DNA from: Macrostomum hystrix
Taxonomy: Eukaryota > Animalia > Platyhelminthes
DNA: 64,000 nt
NCBI GenBank assembly: GCA_950097015.1
Contig: CATNEN010000024.1
Location: 6,076,001-6,140,000, forward strand
Reading direction: 5' to 3'
Both the position numbers and the translations under genes were made by a program. Under the pieces are notes generated by a model. The model saw only the letters and a list, made by a program, of their open reading frames with translations. It was not told where the DNA came from and did no database searches. Shown one piece after another: positions 1-9,791 of this stretch; within the stretch, counting starts at the first letter, position 1, and each line of letters starts with the position of its first letter.

Positions 1-312
1 GCTTAAGATATTTGATTTAATAAAACAGAACACCAGCTTACATAATACGCTACTATAAGTAGCTGCATTGAACACAGACAAACTGTTAGAAAAAATGTTT
101 CTTTCCAGCGAATCTGCCATTTCGGAGTAAAATCGTCAAATCTCATTCAATGCTGAGTCTCCCAGCTGGCCACCGGTGCAACTGACGTTTCGACGTCGAG
201 TAGATCGCTAAAAGTGCACGCGATGGAAAAATTTGGCGATAGGCTCACAACTGTTTATCTGTACCCAACGGACATACAGTATTACTATACTGTAGGTACT
301 CGTGGATTTTAA

Positions 313-485
313 GAATTTCGATGAGAGAAACGCGTATCGTACACTGCCCTGACGTCTAGGGTGGGAGCTAGGGTAAGAGGTAGGGTGAGAGGTGGGGTGG
401 TTAGAGGGTTTTGATACTGACGCAATACATACTACTACTGCCTAACAGGGCAGTAGTATTATACGCGTTTTTCTCATTGAAATTC
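313..485. mobile_element. MITE-like fold-back element with telomere-like interior
   Basis: 313-337 (gaatttcgatgagagaaacgcgtat) and 461-485 are inverted repeats matching at 23/25. There is an internal 10-bp hairpin (433-442/449-458) and degenerate TAGGG repeats at 356-410. No ORF, and no TSD was established. Confidence 0.5.
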
Positions 486-617
486 TGAGAAACCACTAGG
501 TCCTGTGCACGAATAGTAGTGCTGGCACCCAATTAATATCAGTGTGAACTGAAGCGCTAACCTCTAGGCTTAGGCTTCAAGCTCTAGCAATTTTGTTCCA
601 CGCGTATTAGATAATTC

Positions 618-3600
618 TCACCTGATTGATGCCCAATTAACTTTAGCGAAATCTTCATCTTCCTCGGCCGAGTCCCCGCCACCTCGCGCTCGCCTGACTA
701 GACAGGCCGCTTCCTTAGACGACAGGCGCAGCGGCAGCAGCAGCAGGCGTGCTCGTTGATCGCTCAAGTCTACACCGGTGCGACCGCTGCCCCGCAGCAG
801 CCGGAGCATGCGGAAGCTCTGCGACCGGGCGATCACCTGCAACACCTGTGCGGCATCAGCCTGTAGCCGCTGCTGCAACTGCAAGCTGGGCGGGCCGCCC
901 GCTCCATCAGCAGCTCGTCGAGGATTCGCCAGTCCGACTGGCAGGGCGCCGGGACTCAAGCTCAGCGATTCGAACTTCAGACGCAGGTCGGGACGAACCG
1001 CCGGCAGGGCGGCAGCCAAGGTGTGATAGGTGATGCTCACATTCTGCTCAGGTTAGAGAAGTATTTAACATTATTTCTCATATTCCTACTACATTAGCAG
1101 AAATACAAAGACATGGGATTGCCAAGCCAACCTTCATGTCCAGCAGCTTCAGAGCGGAGCTGTCGTTGTTCATCAGCATGCCGAGGATCTCTTCGGCGCC
1201 CTGAGCCGTGAATGAGTTCTGGTCCAGCTTCGATTGGGGACGAGAGATTAGAGAGACTTCATTCGTATTCTTGACATTATTCACTTTAGACATGATGTGA
1301 AATCAAAAAGACACTCACAAACAGCTCCTGCAGGCAGTTGTTGACCGCCAGCATTTGGCCAATAGCTTTGGCGCCCTCCAGAAAGATTCGATTCGAAGAC
1401 AAGTTCAGCGTCGTCAACGAGGCATTCCTAAGTAGGCCGCTGGATAGGGCTGCCGTGCCCGCGTCGGCGAAGCCGTTTAAGCTGACGTCGAGCCACTGCA
1501 GGCTGGAATTCGTCTGGCCAAGAAGAACGCGTTGATGTGGCTTGTAGGGAGTCTACTCTATTTTTTAGGGAGTCTACTCAAGTCTACTCAAACTTTTAGC
1601 GACTCTAGAGTCTACTCTCGTTTGTAGGGAGTCTACTCTAGTTTGCAGAGAGTCTACTCTAGTTTGTAGGGAGTCTACTCTAGTTTGTAGGGAGTCTACT
1701 CTAGTTTGTAGGGAGTCTACTCTAGTTTGCAGGGAGTCTACTCTAGTTTGTAGGGAGTCTACTCTAGTTTGTAGGGAGTCTACTCTAGTTTGTAGGGAGT
1801 CTACTCTAGTTTGTAGGGAGTCTACTCAAGTCTACTCAAACTTTTAGCGACTCTAGAGTCTACTCTCGTTTGTAGGGAGTCTACTCTAGTTTGCAGAGAG
1901 TCTACTCTAGTTTGTAGGGAGTCTACTCTAGTTTGTAGGGAGTCTACTCTAGTTTGTAGGGAGTCTACTCTAGTTTGCAGGGAGTCTACTCTAGTTTGTA
2001 GGGAGTCTACTCTAGTTTGTAGGGAGTCTACTCAAGTCTACTCAAACTTTTAGCGACTCTAGAGTCTACTCTCGTTTGTAGGGAGTCTACTCTAGTTTGC
2101 AGAGAGTCTACTCTAGTTTGTAGGGAGTCTACTCTAGTTTGTAGGGAGTCTACTCTAGTTTGTAGGGAGTCTACTCTAGTTTGCAGGGAGTCTACTCTAG
2201 TTTGTAGGGAGTCTACTCTAGTTTGTAGGGAGTCTACTCTAGTTTGTAGGGAGTCTACTCTAGTTTGTAGGGAGTCTACTCAAGTCTACTCAAACTTTTA
2301 GCGACTCTAGAGTCTACTCTCGTTGGTAGGGAGTCTACTCTAGTTTGCAGGGAGTCTACTCTAGTTTGCAGAGAGTCTACTCTAGTTTGTAGGGAGTCTA
2401 CTCTAGTTTGCAGGGAGTCTACTCTAGTTTGCAGGGAGTCTACTCTAGTTTGCAGGGAGTCTACTCTAGTTTGCAGGGAGTCCACTCTAGTTTGCAGGGA
2501 GTCTACTCAACCCGGAAAATCGCTGCAAATCCCCAACAGAAAGTTCATCTCACCGCCAGCGCAGCGCCGATGTCGACGGCTCCCTGAAGCCGAATCTCGC
2601 ATGCCGACAGGTTCAGACGGCGCAGCTGGCAGCCGCTGCCCAGCGCCGCTCCGATCAGCTGACAGCCTTGACTGCCCAGCCGACTGGAGCTGATGTCCAG
2701 CTCCCTGAGGCTCGACAGCTGGTTGAAAGTGGATAGATAATCAATCCGCAAATATATATACTTGTATGAGGTTGTAGCCTAGTGGTTAAGGCGTCGGACT
2801 CACGACTTGAAGGTCGGGGGTTCGATTCCCGACTCCACTGGAACAATTTGCGTCCTTTAGCAAGACACTTAACTCTGCATTGCTTCAGTTCACCCAGCTG
2901 TTAAATGGGTACCAGCATCAGCTGGGATAATTGAAGGTGGGTGTGGCGTCCCCCCAGTCCGTGGACTGAACAGCTGTACGCAGCCTTCAGATGCGCCGCG
3001 CATTAGCTGCGGCTGTGCTGTCGGCTGCACATCTGACCCAATTGAGGCAGGTGTAATAAAAAAAAATATATATATATATATATTGCGCGAAAATATGTGG
3101 GCAACGAATAGCTGGTCAGTGGGAGGCCGTTAATTGGAGGCCGTGAATGAATGCTGTGAATGGGCGACCGTGAATGAATGCTGTGAATGGGCGACCGTGA
3201 ATGAATGCTGTGAATGGGCGACCGTGAATGAATGCTGTGAATGGGCGACCGTGAATGAATGCTGTGAATGGGCGACCGTGAATGAATGCTGTGAATGGGC
3301 GACCGTGAATGAATGCTGTGAATGGGCGACCGTGAATGAATGCTGTGAATGGGCGACCGTGAATGAATGCTGTGAATGGGCGACCGTGAATGAATGCTGT
3401 GAATGGGCGACCGTGAATGAATGCTGTGAATGGGCGACCGTGAATGAATGCTGTGAATGGCACGCCGTGACTTGGAGGCCGTGAAGGTGACGCTGTGACT
3501 TGGAGGCCGTGAAGGTGACGCTGTGAGTTAGAGGCCGTGACAGGGAGGCCGTGACTGGGAGGCCGTGACTGGGAGGCCGTGATGGGAGCCTGAGAGTGGG

Positions 3601-6143
3601 AGGGTGTGAATGGCAGACGGCCTATCACAGACCTGCATCAGCCTGACCAGCTGCTGAGCGTCCTTCTCGCCGAAGTCGTTGCCAGCCAGATTGAGCGTGG
3701 CCAAGGCGACGAAGCTGGTGCAGCCCTCGGCCAGGTTGACCAGCGCTCTGCTGTCTAGCCGGTTTAAGCTGAGGTCCTTCAGGTAAAAATCGGATGCCAG
3801 TTCCAGCTCTATTTTTTAGAGTTTTTTAGGAATACAGTAGGGAGGCTACAAAAGAGGTTGTAGCCTAGTGGTTAGAGCGTCGGACTCACAGCTTGAAGGT
3901 CGGGGGGGGGTTCGATTCCCGACTCCACTGGAACAATTTGTGTCCTTTAGCAAGACACTTAACTCTGCATTGCTTCAGTTCTCCCAGCTGTTAAATGGGT
4001 ACCAGCATCAGCTAGGATAATTGAGGGTGGGTGTGGCATCCCCCCAGTCCATGGACTGAACAGCCGTACGCAGCCTTCAGATGCGCCGCGCAATAGCTGC
4101 GGCTGTGCTGTCGGCTGCACACCTGACCCAATTGGGACAGGTGTAGTCAATTATTATAGGAATACAAAACTATTTAAGCAGTTCCAGTACTTTAATCTCT
4201 CATAAAAGTCTCACATAAGAGACTCACCAAAGTTGTCAGGTGGGCCAGTTCGCTGGCTGCCGTGACCAGAGCGTCTATGGCCAAAACTGTCAGCACGTGA
4301 CCGGACAGGATGATCTCACGCACGTTCTCCTTGCGCTTCGTAACATACATGGATGATGATGGGATTAAACGAGGAATTAAATTAGGTATAATGAGTTTTA
4401 GAAGTTGAAAGACCTCGGGGGGGTACTTCAAATACTTCACTGCCAACTTCACGATAGCTCCCAAACCGAATGAACGATTTTCGGGATTGTCAAAATTACC
4501 CGCCCTTTACGATCAACTAACTTTCAAAGCAGACAACGTCAGCATCATCGAGATATTCCAGCGACTCTTCTCGAAGACCCTCGCCCGGTGACAACTAACA
4601 TTGCTTTGTATAACACGGGACACTGAATGACCTGGAGGTAGCCACGGGACACTGAATGACCTGGAGGTAGCCACGGGACACTGAATGACCTGGAGGTAGC
4701 CAAGGGACACTGAATGACCTGGAGGTAGCCACGGGACACTGAATGACCTGGAGGTAGCCACGGGACACTGAATGACCTGGAGGTAGCCAAGGGACACTGA
4801 ATGACCTGGAGGTAGCCACGGGACACTGAATGACCTGGAGGTAGCCACGGGACACTGAATGACCTGAAGGTAGCCACGGGACACTGAATGACCTGGAGGT
4901 AGCCAAGGGACACTGAATGACCTGGAGGTAGCCACGGGACACTGAATGACCTGGAGGTAGCCACGGGACACTGAATGACCTGGAGGTAGCCACGGGACAC
5001 TGAATGACCTGGAGGTAGCCACGGGACACTGAATGACCTGGAGGTAGCCACGGGACACTGAATGACCTGGAGGTAGCCACGGGACACTGAATGACCTGGA
5101 GGTAGCCACGGGACACTGAATGACCTGGAGGTAGCCACGGGACACTGAATGACCTGGAGGTAGCTCTCACTCGCCCAGAAACTTACTGCCAAAGGCACGC
5201 ACGCGGCCACAACGTCGGCATCCCGCAGGCCCAGGCCGGTGACGGTGATCCTGCTGCCAGGACCAACCAGTTGGGCCCGTACCTGGCTCAACGCAGTCAC
5301 CCGCAGACGTCGGCATGCCCGAGTGTACAGGCGCCCCAAGCTGCTCGACAGCTCTTCAGCTCCGCTCTCGGCGCCATCTAGACTCCCTGAGCTGTCAGAC
5401 TCTCCGCGCTTCCCTCCCCTAGGCGTTGCCGTTGTCGTCGATGTGCCCGACCTCGCTTTCCAGGCGTCCTCCAGATCAGTGTCCGTGTCTGAGGAGGACT
5501 CGACTAGCGTCGCTGCTGCCGCCGCAGTCGCCGCTGTTGTGGCAGCCCGGTTGTCCTGCGCATTCCTGACCAGCCCGCCCCCAACTCGGCGGCCGTCCTC
5601 TGCCATGGAACCCTGCTGCTGACGTCGCTCTTGTCGATGGCGCCATCGTCTGCGCCGTCGTCGACGTCGGTCGGCATCGGCCCCTGCGTCACCTCCGCCG
5701 GCCTGGGCCTCCTGCCACTCGGCCAGCTCGCGCCGGAATTGCTCAACCGCCTCCTCAGCCTGGCCCTTGCTGCCGGGTGAAAACCAGGTGAAAAAAATCA
5801 CTGTAAATGCAGAAACAACGGCTAGAGTCTTATACTCATTGGAAATCCCAATGCGACAGGTGAAATTCTGAGAAATCCCAATGCGACAGGTGAAGTTCTG
5901 AGAAATCCAAATGTGACAGATGGAATTCTGAGAAATCCCAATGTGACACAATACTGTAAAGAAATCACAACGCGACTGACAAAGCCTTTTGCAGATATCC
6001 ACAAGCCAAGATACTTTTAGCAAAGAATTATTTTTAAATTACAAGCTTCTGTGCTCCGTCAAAGCTTGTCAGAATTCTGCTTACCGTCTTTTAGTCTTGA
6101 CCAGTTGAGTGCCGCCAAGCGTTGACTCCTCTTTAAAGCTCAT
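618..6143 (-). CDS. LRRC74: LRRC74-like leucine-rich repeat protein (RI-like LRRs plus C-terminal degenerate EF-hand-like region), 8 exons, about 591 aa
   Basis: Exons: 6143-6085, 5769-5187, 4335-4228, 3776-3633, 2718-2554, 1513-1319, 1227-1132, 1043-618. All junctions are GT-AG and phase-compatible (1776 nt). The joined protein gives continuous LxxLxLxxN repeats (LTTLDLSLNRL, LATLNLAGNDF, LRELDISSSRL, LQWLDVSLNGF, LTTLNLSSNRI, LQELFLDQNSF). N-terminal LYTRACRRLRV and C-terminal LKLLDMKNVSI are colinear with the vertebrate LRRC74A sequence as I recall it. The last exon could alternatively splice at 621. Confidence 0.85.
1543..2509. repeat. 21-bp minisatellite (GGGAGTCTACTCTAGTTTGTA) with higher-order structure, in an LRRC74 intron
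   Basis: Direct tandem copies. A spacer variant (aacttttagcgactctag) recurs at 1591, 1839, 2045 and 2293. Confidence 0.95.
2768..3058 (+). mobile_element. tRNA-derived SINE family A (CORE-type), full-length copy
   Basis: A box TAGCCTAGTGG, B box GGTTCGATTCC, CORE-like GTCCTTTAGCAAGACACTTAACTC...CTGTTAAATGGG and an A-rich tail. AAATATATATA occurs on both sides (possible TSD). A near-identical copy lies at 3854-4148. Confidence 0.9.
3141..3460. repeat. 27-bp minisatellite (GTGAATGAATGCTGTGAATGGGCGACC)
   Basis: About 12 near-perfect tandem copies, with degenerate flanks to about 3620. Intronic. Confidence 0.95.
3854..4148 (+). mobile_element. SINE family A, full-length copy
   Basis: Aligns along its full length with 2768-3058; A and B boxes intact. 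Confidence 0.9.
4615..5163. repeat. 29-bp minisatellite (GGGACACTGAATGACCTGGAGGTAGCCAC)
   Basis: About 19 tandem copies inside the LRRC74 intron 4336-5186. Confidence 0.95.
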
Positions 6144-6855
6144 TTTGTTGCAAAATGTCTTCTTTTAGTAAGTTAAAATTCGCTTCTCTAACAATTTATT
6201 GATTATGTTTGCTGTTTTCACGATTTTATAAGATTTTTAACCTAAGAGTTGCTAAGGTGTGCAATGTGCAGTTGAGTTGAGTTCAGCTCACCAGTACACC
6301 CGCCTCCTTATTCCTGTCGCATTGTTGGTCCCGGATGTGTGGGAACAGGAAATTGAGCCAATTCAATGATAAAATAGTGTCCCACCTCTTAAATGACTTT
6401 GAGCATGCGAAAGAGCATAAATTTCCGGGATCCACCTTTGCAGGCGCATCCCAACTCTTCAGGGATTATTATCCCATCCGTTCTGAAGTTTGCAGTGGTG
6501 CACTTTAACAACACCTTTGATTCATTGAACTATTTAAGCAAGCTATATTATCATTTAGAAAAGGCCAGCAATATAGTTCCAACTTGGAGTTTAAATACTT
6601 TTTTAGTTCATAAATTATAATTTTAACTAAAATGTGAGAATGTGAGATTCGACGCATTAAAAAAGGAAGACATGAGTGATCACTAAGTATCACCAACAAG
6701 AAACTATACAGTACGAGTAAGTAGTGCACTTTAGGATTTTAACATGATTAAAACATGAAAGTTCGCGTACCGCCAAAGCGATGTGCTCAATTTCTAAGTG
6801 AGAAATCTTTGGTTTGCTTGTGATCCCTGACTAAAGCACTTAGCACTTTGTTTGA

Positions 6856-7624
6856 GCCCCTGAAGGAGTGGGAAGGGTTGGCGATGGAGCCCCTGAAGGA
6901 GTGGGAAGGGTTGGCGATGGAGCCCCTGAAGGAGTGGGAAGGGTAGGCGATGGAGCCCCTGAAGGAGCGGGAAGGGTTGGCGAGGGAGCCGCTAAAGGAG
7001 CGGGAAGGGTTGGCGATGGAGCCCCTGAGGGAGCGGGAAGGTTACGCGATGGAGCCCCTGAAGGAGCGGGAAGGGTAGGCGATGGAGCCCCTGAAGGAGC
7101 GGGAAGGGTTGGCGATGGAGCCCCTGAAGGAGCGGGAAGGGTAGGCGATGGAGCCCCTGAAGGAGCGGGAAGGGTAGGCGATGGAGCCCCTGAAGGAGTG
7201 CGAAGGGTAGGCGATGGAGCCCCTGAAGGAGCGGGAAGGGTAGGCGATGGAGCCCCTGAAGGAGCGGGAAGGGTTGGCGATGGAGCCCCTGAAGGAGCGG
7301 GAAGGGTTGGCGATGGAGCCCCTGAAGGAGCGGGAAGGGTAGGCGATGGAGCCCCTGAAGGAGTGCGAAGGGTAGGCGATGGAGCCACTGAAGGAGCGGG
7401 AAGGGTAGGCGATGGAGCCCCAGAAGGAGCGGGAAGGGTAGGCGATGGAGCCCCTGAAGGAGCGGGAAGGGTAGGCGATGGAGCCCCTGAAGGAGTGCGA
7501 AGGGTAGGCGATGGAGCCCCTGAAGGAGCGGGAAGGGTAGGCGATGGAGCCCCTGAAGGAGTGCGAAGGGTAGGCGATGGAGCCCCTGAAGGAGTGCGAA
7601 GGGTAGGCGATGGAGCCCCTGAAG
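6856..7624. repeat. 33-bp G-rich minisatellite (GATGGAGCCCCTGAAGGAGCGGGAAGGGTAGGC)
   Basis: About 23 tandem copies between the LRRC74 start and the toxin-like gene end. Confidence 0.95.
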
Positions 7625-7812
7625 AAAGGTTAAGTAAAATAGTATTTTAAGAACTAGAATTTTTGTCAATAAACTTTCAGTTCAGGACAGCAACTGTCAG
7701 TAGCTGTGACATTTTGGATATTTCAATGGGCTAATTTTCAGTAAATTTTACTTTGTAAGCGTGGAGTAATAACAAATCTCAAAATCAGCAGCGGTCTCAG
7801 AGACCAAGTGAA

Positions 7813-8700
7813 TCAGTTGGCTGTCGTTGGCACAATCCTGACACGCTGAGACACTCCGAATCGCGTGTGAAAAGTGCCGGCCGTAATGAAAGCCACCTTG
7901 CTGGTGCCCTCCGGGTGTCGGAAGCCCAGGTTACGCTGGAACACCTGGCGCAGATTCGGTATAACAATGGGCAACAGGTAGCGATTGTCCTTACTGTACA
8001 GGCGGACCTTGATGCGGCCAGACAGGTAGGTGATGGCCGTGAACCTGGCCTTGAATTCATTCTCCTCGATCACAATCTCAGCCTCCACCTGCGAAGGCCG
8101 GCCGTCCCGGCTGCCCGGCACCCGAATCTCCGTGTTGATGGCCCAGGTGACCTCTGACTCAACGGATTTCTCCGACTCCTTCTCCATGCTGAACTCGGCG
8201 CTGAAGCCGGCGTTGAGCTCCAGGATGTCCTGCGGCAGCGCCAGTTTGAGGCCGAACTCCTGGTTGAGCACGAGGCCGCGAGTGACCCGATAGCAGCAGG
8301 TGGACTTCGTGGTCCGGCTGGTGTTGATCTGGTTGACGATGTCGTGCGGGCACTCGTTGGTATAGACTGTGCGGAACGCGCAGGAGCTGCTGGTGGTCGG
8401 GCGCAGGACCCGGCCCTGGGCGACCACGGTGACAGCGTCCGAGGCCAGGACATGGTCTGGATCGTCGCCGGCACCTCCTTGGTCGCCCCTGGCAGCCTCA
8501 GGTTCATAGTTGGGCACAGCGGTGACCACCTGCAGTTCGCGAGTGTCGATGTCGCGCCGCAGGTCGCCCCACGGCAAGCGACAGCCCAGCGCCTTCTCCA
8601 GGTCCTTGCGCTCGTTCTTCTCGTAGATGGCCTCGGCGAAGCGGTCCACAATGTCGTCCAGGTTGACGATCTGCTCCTTGAGGCCTGTCTCGTCCGTCAT
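7813..8700 (-). CDS. aerolysin-like / ETX-MTX2 family beta-pore-forming protein (LIN-24-like), 295 aa
   Basis: Uninterrupted, GC3-rich ORF. It has the ETX/MTX2 pattern: FRTVYTN, Ser/Thr-rich strand TSRTTKSTC, amphipathic hairpin GLVLNQEFGLKLALPQDILELNAGFSAEFSM, then EVTWAINTEIRVP...VEAEIVIEE...FTAITYLSG. An acceptor-like site lies 6 nt upstream of the ATG. No signal peptide is evident. Confidence 0.8.
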   Translation of the reverse strand: MTDETGLKEQIVNLDDIVDRFAEAIYEKNERKDLEKALGCRLPWGDLRRDIDTRELQVVTAVPNYEPEAARGDQGGAGDDPDHVLASDAVTVVAQGRVLRPTTSSSCAFRTVYTNECPHDIVNQINTSRTTKSTCCYRVTRGLVLNQEFGLKLALPQDILELNAGFSAEFSMEKESEKSVESEVTWAINTEIRVPGSRDGRPSQVEAEIVIEENEFKARFTAITYLSGRIKVRLYSKDNRYLLPIVIPNLRQVFQRNLGFRHPEGTSKVAFITAGTFHTRFGVSQRVRIVPTTAN

Positions 8701-9089
8701 TACCGGCTATGGGTGAAAGTGGAGAGTGAAACGACAATTCGGTAGCAAACACAGGCAGCACTGAGCTCATGGGTGTTAATAAACTCCTCTTATTTCTCTG
8801 GTCTCCTATTTTGTCGTCTCTATTGATCGATTTATTGCCCCCTCAACTATACTCAAATCTATGCTCAAATCTTCCCTAGCCGAAAGCCCATTGAGGGGCA
8901 CTTGAAAGGAAGCAGAAAAGCTTTATCTGAGCACAGATCTGGGTCTAAAGCAAAAGCAATCATAATATTCGCATGCAGTGAAGACCTTTCAATGCAGCGT
9001 GCATTGCTGTTGCCTGGGTATTAACCCGTATTCCCCAACCATTCACTGGGATTTCTTTTGTCCGGCGAAAACTCATTTATTACTGGGCT

Positions 9090-9270
9090 TCGTAGCCTTG
9101 TGCTTTAGAGCGTTGGAATCGCGACTTGAAGGTCGGGGGTTCGATCTCGACTCCACCGGAGCATCGCCTATCCTTTAGCAAGACACTTAACTCTGCAAGT
9201 CCATGGACTGAACAGTTTGTACGCAGCCTTCTGATGCGGCTGCCCATCTGTCCTAATTGGGGCAGTTACA
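9090..9270 (+). mobile_element. SINE family A, internally deleted copy
   Basis: Contains GACTTGAAGGTCGGGGGTTCGAT, CCTTTAGCAAGACACTTAACTCTGCA and GTCCATGGACTGAACAG shared with 2768-3058; middle segments are missing. Confidence 0.8.
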
Positions 9271-9791
9271 ATATATTATTACTATATTTTACTCGTATTA
9301 ACTGTGAAATTCGGCTTTAAGATTGTTCTAGACACGTACTTTTCAAGAAAATATAAAAAACTGACCACAAAGTCATAAAAGATTTAGCATAACAAAGGTT
9401 TAAGTCCATCACGTCAATCATCTGATAAATTTCTCTCATCTCACCTGTACTAATTCTTGTGAAAGCAGAAGATCGCCCTAGTGTCGCACAATGGTCTGCC
9501 TAAGGATGCACAGAGCCAACTTGCTTTGAAATAAAAGAAATGAGTGCTAATTTCGCGGAAGAGAAAACTAAATTGTGCGATTTAATTCCACATTGGTCAG
9601 ACCAATTATGATGAGGCAACTATGCAGTTGAATGCATTTAAACAAAGTCTTCTTTGTTAAAAAACGGTAAACGCGAATAGAGAAAATGTTCACCCTCTAA
9701 GCTATTTACATGCATTAGAAAAATTTCACGGAAATGACCGTTGAAAAATTAATTTTTTTAAAGTTTGAAATAGTTCCTGGCAGTTATTTTC

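Noticed and set aside
2768-2845. tRNA gene (A/B boxes, CAC anticodon-like loop), likewise at 3854, 9090, 13623 and 22130
   Set aside because: No acceptor stem, a mismatched anticodon stem, and each head continues into a shared SINE body or a repeat, so these are SINE heads.
4441-4600. extra LRRC74 exon
   Set aside because: No open, phase-compatible frame, and the LRR register is complete without it.
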